Of a stretch of 29,128 nt of DNA, positions 1 to 7,555 are shown one piece after another. The notes beneath the pieces were generated by a model. The model was not told the origin of the DNA, did not search any database, and saw only the letters and a list, made by a program, of their open reading frames with translations. Origin of the DNA: Clostridia bacterium (GTDB taxonomy: Bacteria > Bacillota > Clostridia > Oscillospirales > CAG-272); the NCBI GenBank assembly GCA_017463075.1, contig JAFTPW010000213.1:1-29128 (forward strand), in the 5' to 3' direction. Position 1 is the first letter of the stretch. The number at the start of each line of letters is the position of its first letter. A program made the translations under genes and the position numbers.

Positions 1-2
1 GC

Positions 3-1007
3 ACGGAGACCATGATCGAAGGCCTCTCCAACGTCGGCTCGGATGACGCGGGCATCAACACGGCGCATATTTTTGCCGAATACCTCAGAGAACACCTCGC
101 CGATCACGATACGTTTGACGACTTCATGGAAGGATATACCTCGGCGGCGGAAGGTGTCATTGACGAAGTCTGCGCGATTCTCGAGGAGCACCGCCGGACA
201 CGCGCCCTGTACCGTCCTCAGCCGATCCGCTCGCTCTTCATCGACGACTGCATCGACGAAATGTGCGACTTCAACGCCGGCGGAGCGCGGTACAACTGGA
301 GCGTCATCAATGTTGCGGGACTCATCAACGTCATCGACTCGCTCGCTGTGGTGAAGGCTCTCGTGTACGACGGCGGCATGCACGCGGATGATTTCATAAA
401 CGCCCTCGAGACGCAGAATCCTGTCTTCCTCGCCATGGCGCGTGAGGTTCCGAAGCACGGCAACGACAACGAAACCGTGAACGATATCGCAAACCGCCTG
501 TCCGCGCGGATTTACAGCCGGTTCGAGACGCACACCTGTACCCCGTCGAAGAACGGTGAGGGCAGATATTTCCCGGTATCCAACCAGTTCACGACCTACG
601 CCGATGCGGGACGGTATGTGAAAGCCACACCCGACGGACGCGCGGACGGAGATCCCCTGTGCGACTCTTGCGGTGCGGTACATGGACGCGATACCGAAGG
701 CCCGACTGCGCTGCTCAATTCCGTTGCGGCACTGCGCGGGGATATGGTACTCGGCACGCCCATCACGAATATCCGGATTTCCAAGCCGAACCTGCCCGTA
801 CTGCTCAAGCCCTTGGTGAAAGCGTTCTTTGAAAAGGGCGGCATGCAGCTTCAAGTGACTTGTGCGTCGCGGGAAGAGCTGCTGGATGCCCTCGATCACC
901 CGGAAAAGCATCAGAATCTCGTCGTGCGCATCGGCGGGTTCTCGGAATATTTCAACAGACTGACGCCCGCCCTCCAGCAGACCGTGATTGACCGGACGGA
1001 ATATTGA
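3..1007 (+). CDS. Glycyl radical enzyme (PFL-like family), C-terminal half; 5'-truncated by the window
   Basis: Frame is open from base 3 (T-E-T-M-I-E-G). C-terminal glycyl-radical loop VVRIGGFSEYF (radical Gly codon 936-938), plus typical YADAGRYVKATPDGR and GGMQLQV segments. Bases 1-2 (gc) are compatible with a TGC codon giving the GC-x-E catalytic motif about 312 residues before the Gly. Confidence 0.9.
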   Translation, partial: TETMIEGLSNVGSDDAGINTAHIFAEYLREHLADHDTFDDFMEGYTSAAEGVIDEVCAILEEHRRTRALYRPQPIRSLFIDDCIDEMCDFNAGGARYNWSVINVAGLINVIDSLAVVKALVYDGGMHADDFINALETQNPVFLAMAREVPKHGNDNETVNDIANRLSARIYSRFETHTCTPSKNGEGRYFPVSNQFTTYADAGRYVKATPDGRADGDPLCDSCGAVHGRDTEGPTALLNSVAALRGDMVLGTPITNIRISKPNLPVLLKPLVKAFFEKGGMQLQVTCASREELLDALDHPEKHQNLVVRIGGFSEYFNRLTPALQQTVIDRTEY

Positions 1008-1019
1008 TTTAAGGTAACC

Positions 1020-1154
1020 GTAGGGAACGGCGTCCTCGACGGTCCTGAAATGTAAAATTTGAATACAGAATATTTTGTGATCAATATTTATCCTCCATAC
1101 GGCAGATTTGTGCGGATTGTTATTTTTAGGACTGTCGAGGACGCCAGTCCCTAC
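1020..1154. repeat. Inverted doublet of 26-nt GTAG-type REP hairpins (REPIN-like)
   Basis: GTAGGGAACGGCGTCCTCGACGGTCC at 1020-1045 (+) and GTAGGGACTGGCGTCCTCGACAGTCC at 1129-1154 (-), flanking an AT-rich 83-nt spacer. Confidence 0.85.
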
Positions 1155-1206
1155 CGGAGTTGAGGCGTGGATTGAATCTGATCAAATATAGAAATAGGTA
1201 CCCATC

Positions 1207-2160
1207 ATGAGAACAATGCAGAACTACGAAATCAAAACTTCCCGCATCCGGGCGGACTTCCTCGCTTACAAAGCCGCGCATCCGGAACTGCTCGAAAACC
1301 GGCTCCGTTTCAGCTGGAGCAACTGGGGATTCGGGCTGGAGACGCTGGAGACCTCCGCAAAACGCCTCCGTGACGCGGGAATCCCGTATATCGAGCTCCA
1401 CGGCAACCACCACGGACCCGATCTCGGATACCGCGCGGCGGATGTGAATGCGATCCTCGGCGAATACGGTATCGCGGTCAGCGGTATCTGCGGGATCTAC
1501 TCGCCCGACAACGATTTATCGTCAAACCGCCCCATTCAGCGGCAGGCGGCGATTGACTACATCCGGCGCGAGGTCGAATTCACGGCATCCGTGGGCGGAA
1601 AATACGTCCTTGTGTGCCCCGGTGCGGTCGGACGGACGGTGAAATACGACGACAGCGAGTGGGACAGAAGCCTGGATTCGCTCGCCCGTGCTGCGGATGA
1701 GTTCGTGAAATACGGCATCCGGTGCGCCATTGAGCCGATCCGTTCCGCGGAAACGACCGTGGTCAACCGGGTTGCAGAGGCGCATGCCTACATTGACGCG
1801 CTGAATCACCCCGGAGTTGCGCACATCAACGGCGACGTGTTCCACATGCTGACCGAGGAAGCGCACATCGGCGAAGCGATTCTTGCGTGCGGTGACCGGC
1901 TCACGAATCTGCATCTCGCTGACACGACCCGCGGCGCGCTCGGAACGGGTTCGCTCGATCTGGATACCGTCATCATGGCGCTGTACCTCATGGGCTACAA
2001 CAACCGCGAATCCACATGGGTGACGCCCGAGCCGCTCGGAGCAGGTGCGGATCCCTACCCGATGCAGAACGCGCACGTCGATCCGGCGATACTGGACAAG
2101 ATGGTGTTCTCGAGCTATGCGTACTTCCGTGAACGCGAAGAAGCGGTGCTGGCGGAGTGA
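1207..2160 (+). CDS. Sugar phosphate isomerase/epimerase, xylose-isomerase-like TIM barrel (D-psicose/D-tagatose 3-epimerase-like)
   Basis: Metal and catalytic motifs AIEPIRSAET, GDVFHMLTEE, LHLADTTRGALGTG and TPEP match the E/D/H/H/E pattern of ketose 3-epimerases. Start could also be ATG 1216. Confidence 0.85.
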   Translation: MRTMQNYEIKTSRIRADFLAYKAAHPELLENRLRFSWSNWGFGLETLETSAKRLRDAGIPYIELHGNHHGPDLGYRAADVNAILGEYGIAVSGICGIYSPDNDLSSNRPIQRQAAIDYIRREVEFTASVGGKYVLVCPGAVGRTVKYDDSEWDRSLDSLARAADEFVKYGIRCAIEPIRSAETTVVNRVAEAHAYIDALNHPGVAHINGDVFHMLTEEAHIGEAILACGDRLTNLHLADTTRGALGTGSLDLDTVIMALYLMGYNNRESTWVTPEPLGAGADPYPMQNAHVDPAILDKMVFSSYAYFREREEAVLAE

Positions 2161-2175
2161 ACGGATGAAAAAATG

Positions 2176-2224
2176 AAATCCCCCATGCTCACGGTCTGAA
2201 TCAGCCGCGGGTACGGGGGATTTT
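2176..2224. terminator. Bidirectional intrinsic terminator between convergent genes
   Basis: AAATCCCCC...GGGGGATTTT outer stem with imperfect inner pairing, and A/T tracts on both sides. Confidence 0.7.
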
Positions 2225-2231
2225 ATTCCTT

Positions 2232-3329
2232 CTACTTCGTCATATCCGCCACGGCGTATGGCGTGTACTGCTCCACAATGGCGCGATACCGCTTGTTTTC
2301 CGCGTACGCGTCCACTGGGTACCGCTTTCCAAGCTGATCCAGCCTGAACCATACACTGTTGCAGGCACAGCCGTCGTGGGTTTTCGTCATGTCATATTTC
2401 GCGCCTTTCAGCGGCAGGGAGGTGTGTACGACGACGGAATTTTCGCACAGATCGATGGCGCGCGCATGCTTCAGGGCACGTTCCAGTGCGTCGAGGGCTT
2501 CGTCGGGGCGTCCTTCTTCCGTCAGAAAACCGAACAGCGCCATGCAGGTGTCCGACAGTCCGCTGTGGCAAACGTCGCAGTCAAAATCGGGATAAACCGC
2601 GTCCGCGACGGTGAGAATCCGGCGGAAAACGTCGATTTTTTCATCCCGCGTCAGATCCGTCCGGTAATTTGCGGCGCAGAACAGTTCCCAGAGCAGGTTT
2701 TCCATGGCAGCGTCGGCAAATTCCATGGCTGCGTGCACATCGCGCTCGTCGGATGAGGGATAGATCATGGTGCGGGTGAAGTATTTTGTGTGACTGAGAT
2801 CGGGCAGACGGCTGGCGTATTCCTCGGCGCGGTCGTAGTCCTTCATCTCGCTGCAAAGGTATATCATCTGAAAAATCGCCTCGTAGCGCAGGGGATCGTC
2901 GGTGCACTCGTCCAGGGTGTAGGCGCACAACTTCACGATTTCGTCCCGGTTCGCTTCGCAGTCGTCGGTCAGGGTGTTTACGTACCGCACTACAATGCGG
3001 AAATCGTAGGGATAATCCCGGTAAGCCTGCCGGATCAGGTCGTTTTTGGTGGCGTGATCGCCGAGGTGCTGGAGCCGTTCGTATTCCGCCACGATGGCAA
3101 GTATCCGCTGTTCCTTTGCCGCACCGTCCCGACCGAGCAGGGTGTCCAGTGTCACGTCAAAATACTCCGCCAGCGGGATGAGAAAGGTGATGTCCGGGAA
3201 GCCTTCGTTGCGCTCCCATTTGGAAACGGACTGCGGTGCGACGCCAAGCCGGTTGGCAAGTGTTTCCTGCGTGATCCCCCGCTTCTGCCGCAGGGAACGT
3301 AAAGTTTCGCCGATTTTGATGGTGTTCAT
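2232..3329 (-). CDS. XRE-family HTH transcriptional regulator with long alpha-helical (TPR-like) C-terminal region
   Basis: N-terminus IGETLRSLRQKRGITQETLANRLGVAPQSVSKWERNEGFPDI is a Cro/C1 HTH. AGGAG RBS upstream. The TPR-like call is by eye only. Confidence 0.85.
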   Translation of the reverse strand: MNTIKIGETLRSLRQKRGITQETLANRLGVAPQSVSKWERNEGFPDITFLIPLAEYFDVTLDTLLGRDGAAKEQRILAIVAEYERLQHLGDHATKNDLIRQAYRDYPYDFRIVVRYVNTLTDDCEANRDEIVKLCAYTLDECTDDPLRYEAIFQMIYLCSEMKDYDRAEEYASRLPDLSHTKYFTRTMIYPSSDERDVHAAMEFADAAMENLLWELFCAANYRTDLTRDEKIDVFRRILTVADAVYPDFDCDVCHSGLSDTCMALFGFLTEEGRPDEALDALERALKHARAIDLCENSVVVHTSLPLKGAKYDMTKTHDGCACNSVWFRLDQLGKRYPVDAYAENKRYRAIVEQYTPYAVADMTK

Positions 3330-3375
3330 GTGGTTCTCCTGTAAAGTGGATTCAGTCTGCGCATCCTGTGGTTAT

Positions 3376-3404
3376 ATGATACACCGGATTTGCGGCGAAG
3401 TCAA
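3376..3404 (-). promoter_or_regulatory. sigmaA promoter of the XRE regulator
   Basis: Minus strand TTGACT-17 nt-TATCAT. Confidence 0.65.
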
Positions 3405-3460
3405 TGACCGCTGATGACTACGGACTCAACGGAAAAGCGGAAAATCGCGGATGCGTTGGA

Positions 3461-3503
3461 ATAAAAATACCGCACACACCGGATGAACGGCATGCACGGT
3501 ATT
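3461..3503 (-). terminator. Intrinsic terminator after the NUDIX gene
   Basis: Minus strand AATACCGTGCATGCCG-loop-CGGTGTGTGCGGTATT followed by TTTAT. Confidence 0.75.
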
Positions 3504-3507
3504 GATT

Positions 3508-4053
3508 TCACTTCAAAAGCCCCACCATCGCTGCGGCACGGAGAATACCGCACTGGGTTTTGCCGTCGGGGATTTCGCCCCGGAGCACGGACTGCACGGC
3601 TTCTTCCAGCGGCATCCGGAAGACTTCGAGGAATTCGTCGTCGTCGAGGTCATTGTGCGTGAACGTGAGGCCTTTCGCGAGGAACATGCGGATTCTCTCG
3701 CCCATGATCGCCGGAGAGCCGTAGAAGTCGCCGAGATCGATGAGCTCACGCGGAATCGCGCCCGTTTCTTCTCTGAGTTCGCGGAGAGCTGCCTCCGTCC
3801 AGTCCTCGCCGGCGTAATCGAGCTTGCCTGCCGGAATTTCGGTGAGAATCTGATCGACCGCGTACCGGTACTGGCGTTCGAGGAGGACTTCCCCTTCGTC
3901 CGTGATGGGAACGACGCACACCGCGCCCACATGCTTCACGAACTCGCGGATTCCGGATGCGCCGTCGGGGAGTTCCACGGTGTCTTTATAGAGATGCACC
4001 ACCTTGCCGTCGTAGATGAGCTCGGAGGCGGTCATTTTTTCGATGAGGTTCAT
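3508..4053 (-). CDS. nudF: NUDIX hydrolase, ADP-ribose pyrophosphatase-like (181 aa)
   Basis: NUDIX box GKLDYAGEDWTEAALRELREETG, with LERQYRY and PDGKT motifs. True start taken as ATG 4053 (MNLIEK), which has an AGGTG RBS and an ATGA overlap with the upstream stop. Confidence 0.85.
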   Translation of the reverse strand: MNLIEKMTASELIYDGKVVHLYKDTVELPDGASGIREFVKHVGAVCVVPITDEGEVLLERQYRYAVDQILTEIPAGKLDYAGEDWTEAALRELREETGAIPRELIDLGDFYGSPAIMGERIRMFLAKGLTFTHNDLDDDEFLEVFRMPLEEAVQSVLRGEIPDGKTQCGILRAAAMVGLLK

Positions 4054-4502
4054 TTTTGTTTCACCTGATGTTGGATTTGATGGAGCTGGTCGATGATTTT
4101 TGAAAGCGCAAAGAGCGTTGTGCCGGAGATCAGGGTCGCCAGCCAGATGAATGGTGCCCAGCCAAGATACAGAATGCCGATCAGTGCACCGAGCAGGCAG
4201 ACCGTGTACGCCGCTGTCTGTGTACGCGATGCCGCTTTGCATTTCTGCGACTGCCGGGATTCTTCGCGCGCGTTGTAGAGCTTGAGGTACTCCTCATACG
4301 TGACGGGGATGGGCTCGATGCGGTAGCTGCGGTTTTTGTCGGCGTCAAAGAGCGGGTAATCGTCCGTGGCGTAGGGATACGGGGAATACTGGATTTCGTA
4401 CAGCCCCTCGCCGATGAGAAAATCGCGGATTTCCTGCCCGCGGCTGTCGGGATCGGGCTGAGCGGATTTGGATTTGAGGTATTCTTCCGCAAGCGGATGC
4501 AT
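4050..4502 (-). CDS. Hypothetical membrane protein (150 aa, C-terminal hydrophobic hairpin)
   Basis: GGAGG RBS, own promoter, translationally coupled to the NUDIX gene, two hydrophobic segments near the C-terminus. Confidence 0.75.
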   Translation of the reverse strand: MHPLAEEYLKSKSAQPDPDSRGQEIRDFLIGEGLYEIQYSPYPYATDDYPLFDADKNRSYRIEPIPVTYEEYLKLYNAREESRQSQKCKAASRTQTAAYTVCLLGALIGILYLGWAPFIWLATLISGTTLFALSKIIDQLHQIQHQVKQK

Positions 4503-4534
4503 GGTGAACCTCCGGTGTAGTGGGATTTGGGACT

Positions 4535-4563
4535 ATTATAGCAGAAAATTCGGCGGGATGCAA
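4535..4563 (-). promoter_or_regulatory. sigmaA promoter with extended -10
   Basis: Minus strand TTGCAT-17 nt-TATAAT, with TGn before the -10. Confidence 0.7.
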
Positions 4564-4644
4564 TTGGGTTGAGGGAAAATGCGGACAGGAAACGGAATAA
4601 AGATCATGATAATGAAAAACTGTACCGTCAGCTGTTAAACCTCG

Positions 4645-4670
4645 GTAGGGACAGGCGTCCCCGACTGTCC
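4645..4670 (+). repeat. Single GTAG-type REP copy
   Basis: GTAGGGACAGGCGTCCCCGACTGTCC followed by TGAAATG(T)AAAATT, as after the copy at 1020. Confidence 0.85.
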
Positions 4671-4788
4671 TGAAATGAAAATTCTAAGGGGACAATACTT
4701 TATGAGTTGAAGTTATCTTTCGCTTGTTAAATGAAATACACCGGCGAAACTTTCACTCAAATTCTCGTCTGCCCGCTTCGGGTAAAAG

Positions 4789-4827
4789 AAAAACTGGCAA
4801 CGATCCACAGGATCATTACCAGTTTTT
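4789..4827 (-). terminator. Intrinsic terminator downstream of tRNA-Ser
   Basis: AAAAACTGGCAACGATCC-ACA-GGATCATTACCAGTTTTT hairpin directly after the tRNA 3' end. Confidence 0.8.
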
Positions 4828-4828
4828 A

Positions 4829-4918
4829 CGCAAAGGGAGAGATTCGAACTCTCGGTCGGTTATTAGCCGAACACACGATTTCCAGTCGTGCGCCTTAGAC
4901 CAGCTCAGCCACCTTTGC
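4829..4918 (-). tRNA. tRNA-Ser(GGA), CCA not encoded
   Basis: Acceptor stem GCAAAGG/CCTTTGC plus discriminator G, anticodon arm CACGA-CTGGAAA-TCGTG, long variable arm, T-arm GAGAG-TTCGAAT-CTCTC. Confidence 0.97.
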
Positions 4919-4976
4919 GTGTGCTGTGTCTATTGAGACACTATTCTGTTTCACCCGGTCTCCCGAGCGCTCCATT

Positions 4977-5005
4977 ATTATAGCACACGCGGACGGCTTT
5001 GTCAA
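4977..5005 (-). promoter_or_regulatory. Consensus sigmaA promoter of tRNA-Ser
   Basis: TTGACA-17 nt-TATAAT, extended TG, and an A-tract UP-like element upstream. Confidence 0.9.
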
Positions 5006-5036
5006 GAGTTTTTTTGAAAGTTTTTTGAATTTTTTT

Positions 5037-5235
5037 AATCCAAACCTTGGAGAATTTTTCGCAAGGGAAATTCTCGGGAGTGGGATGGTATTCTTACGAT
5101 TTCAGCTGAAGTAAATTCCCGCGTAATTGCAAATCCAGACCTTGGAGAATTTTCCGCAAGGGAAATTCTCGGGAGTGGGATGGTTATCTTGCAATTTCAA
5201 CTGAAGTAAATTCCCACTCATGATTCCAGACCATG
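5037..5235. repeat. Tandem structured repeat: two 84-nt copies (period 95) plus a third 13-nt junction copy
   Basis: 5037-5120 vs 5132-5215 differ at 7 of 84 positions. Junction motif AWTCCARACCWTG at 5037, 5132 and 5223. Confidence 0.9.
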
Positions 5236-7512
5236 CTCGGCAAGCCAGAGATTGATCCGGCTGTTCAGCGATACTTGCGCGTTCTCGGCTGTGGTTTCCC
5301 CGTTGAAGAAGGCGTTTTCCTCCTGCTGGATGATGTTCAGCATCGGCATGTGCCTGCGGTTGATGAAGCTCAGCTCGGCGCCGTCAAGGAGCTTGATCCA
5401 CAGATCGGTGTACCGCTCGTCAAGGGTGAACGTGATGCCTTCCCGGTTCCTCAGATCGTAGTCCGTGAGGGATGCATACGTGCGGACGCCGGCGCCTGTG
5501 CCGTATTCAAAGAAGATTTCACTGCCCTCAAATGATCTGAGATGCTCCAGAAGCGGCTCGCGCAGGACGGTGAGATTGCTCAGATGGCTCATGGGCTCGG
5601 TATAGGAAGTGTTCTTTTTTGCGGCGGTATCCATTGCCTGCTCGATGAAGGACCACGCGGCGGGAATGTTTTCGCAGTGCTTTGTGATGGAGTAGATGCC
5701 GCCTATGAAATGCAGTTCAAATCCTTCAAATTCTCCTTCCGATGAAGGGGAGGGATAGCCGATGAAGCAGAGTTCTTCCGGATCGGTGACGACGAATTCC
5801 CGCATGACGCTCAGAATCGACGTCGGAGAACGCAGATCGACTTCCCTGACGCGGATGGTGCCGTCCTGATAGAGCGCACTTTCCGGCGTCTGAACGGGAT
5901 TGGCTTCAATGGCGGCGAAGGCTTTGAGGTAGCGGAGATATTCCGGGGATTTGAAGCCGTCGGTGCGGATGAGGTCGTCGTACACGTGGTATCCGAAGAT
6001 TTCCTCTGCCCAGAATTCGCGGACGTTCTCGATCTTCACCATGTATTCGTCGTCCGGGATGGTTTCCATGTAGTCGATGATTTCGCTCACATTCCAGTGA
6101 TCCGCCGGAAGAACGCTTTCAAGACCGACCAGTCCCATGACCCCGTTGATTTTCGGCGCCATGCCGTACAGACTGCCGCCCACGGAAAGAGCGGTTTTGA
6201 CGCTGTTCCAGATATCGTCCGCGGAGTATTTCCCGCCTTCTACGGTGTTCAGATCGACGAAATATTCTTCCATGCCCTCCGCCATTTCGCGGTAGTATTT
6301 GTCATACGCGGCAACGAGGTCGGGCTTGATGATGCCGGTTTCCAGATCGGTGCGGAGACGGTCATCAGCGGACATACCTTCGGAATCTGCAAAGCGCGTG
6401 TAGTCGTTGACGATGATGCGCACGCCGGTGTTCTGCTGATTGAACGCAATGACGGCTTCATTGACTCTCGGACCGAGGGCGTGTGCAAGCTCAAGGGTGA
6501 CGACTTTCGACAGATCCACGTCCGGGATGGGGACGCAGTAACAGAATGCCCAGCCACTGCCGTCAGAATCGAGATATTTTACCGTGAAGCAGGTGCCGTC
6601 ACTTGTGAAAACAGGCCACGCTTCAAAGAGATTCTGTCCGTTGATGTTGGAATTCGAAAAATTGAGAACTTCTTCGGGGGATGCGATTTCACTGCCGTCG
6701 GAGATTTTCCAGCGGAACGCCGCGAACTCGTCAAAGCCGTAGGCGTATCCGTCGTGAACTGCGGTGAGCTTGACGTTCTTGAATTTGGCGTAGGTCTGGA
6801 AGCGTTCCGGGAGCACGATGTCCGCACCGGTCGTGAGATTATGGAGCATCCAGCCGGATTTGCTCTGCATGTGCGCCCAGACTTCCCCTGTCACGTCGTC
6901 GCGGCGGATGTGGTAGACTGTGGATGCGAGCTTGTCCTGCCCGGTCACGGCGAGGTCGCGGTCGAGATACACCACGGTATCGTCCCAGACGATTGCGTAA
7001 CCGTCGTCCGTGGCGGTGAGAGGAAGTTCGTAGACATTGGTGTACCAGTCGCTCTCACCGGGAAAGCGTGCGGCAGAGTCGGAGGGCTTGGTGGTGTCTG
7101 CCGGAACTTGCATGAGAATCTCACCGTCGTATGAGATGAGAGTGAGCATATAGAGATCGGTCACTTTATCCTGCGCGAGGCAGATGTACCCGTCCGGAAC
7201 CTGTACGGTGGATTCCGTCAGCGTATTTTCGAGAACCGGATCGGATACTCCGGCGCCGTCCGTGACCTGAAAATTGCCGGTGTGGTATGCGATGCCGTAA
7301 CGGTAACCGTTTTCGGTAAGGTTGATTACGGAAGGCTTGGACACCATCGGAATCGTGGTCGTGAAATCCATGCGGTACACGGCTGTGAGAACCCCGGATT
7401 CTTCAATGGTGTCGGCGGTGATGTAGGATGTGTCCTCCGGTTCCTGCTGTACGGTCGTGCAGGATGAGAAGAGCAGGATGGCTGCAAAAATGGCGGTGAA
7501 GATGCGTTTCAT
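5218..7512 (-). CDS. Large extracellular solute-binding-like lipoprotein, paralog A (764 aa)
   Basis: Lipobox LLFSSC at Cys18, AAAGGA RBS. C-terminal half resembles family-1 carbohydrate SBP (AVIAFNQQN...IIVNDY, DLETGIIKPDL, AAWSFIE). N-terminal half is beta-rich. Confidence 0.75.
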   Translation of the reverse strand: MKRIFTAIFAAILLFSSCTTVQQEPEDTSYITADTIEESGVLTAVYRMDFTTTIPMVSKPSVINLTENGYRYGIAYHTGNFQVTDGAGVSDPVLENTLTESTVQVPDGYICLAQDKVTDLYMLTLISYDGEILMQVPADTTKPSDSAARFPGESDWYTNVYELPLTATDDGYAIVWDDTVVYLDRDLAVTGQDKLASTVYHIRRDDVTGEVWAHMQSKSGWMLHNLTTGADIVLPERFQTYAKFKNVKLTAVHDGYAYGFDEFAAFRWKISDGSEIASPEEVLNFSNSNINGQNLFEAWPVFTSDGTCFTVKYLDSDGSGWAFCYCVPIPDVDLSKVVTLELAHALGPRVNEAVIAFNQQNTGVRIIVNDYTRFADSEGMSADDRLRTDLETGIIKPDLVAAYDKYYREMAEGMEEYFVDLNTVEGGKYSADDIWNSVKTALSVGGSLYGMAPKINGVMGLVGLESVLPADHWNVSEIIDYMETIPDDEYMVKIENVREFWAEEIFGYHVYDDLIRTDGFKSPEYLRYLKAFAAIEANPVQTPESALYQDGTIRVREVDLRSPTSILSVMREFVVTDPEELCFIGYPSPSSEGEFEGFELHFIGGIYSITKHCENIPAAWSFIEQAMDTAAKKNTSYTEPMSHLSNLTVLREPLLEHLRSFEGSEIFFEYGTGAGVRTYASLTDYDLRNREGITFTLDERYTDLWIKLLDGAELSFINRRHMPMLNIIQQEENAFFNGETTAENAQVSLNSRINLWLAEHGLES
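7399..7499. repeat. 101-nt perfect direct repeat, copy 1 (copy 2 at 9731-9831)
   Basis: Identical DNA encoding the signal peptide and mature N-terminus of paralogs A and B. Confidence 0.95.
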
Positions 7513-7555
7513 GGGTGTTCTTCCTTTCTGTGGTATGGAAACTTGGTTTTGTTGA

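Noticed and set aside
3404-3505. 33-codon plus-strand ORF as a signalling peptide for the XRE regulator
   Set aside because: No RBS, no signal-peptide character, and it overlaps the NUDIX terminator.
4054-4242. 63-aa N-terminal extension of the NUDIX ORF
   Set aside because: It overlaps the upstream membrane-protein gene. ATG 4053 has an RBS and an ATGA coupling.
5037-5235. CRISPR array or integron attC cassette interpretation of the tandem repeat
   Set aside because: The intervening sequences are ~92% identical rather than unique spacers, there are only 2-3 units, there is no cas or integrase gene, and no RYYYAAC/GTTRRRY ends.
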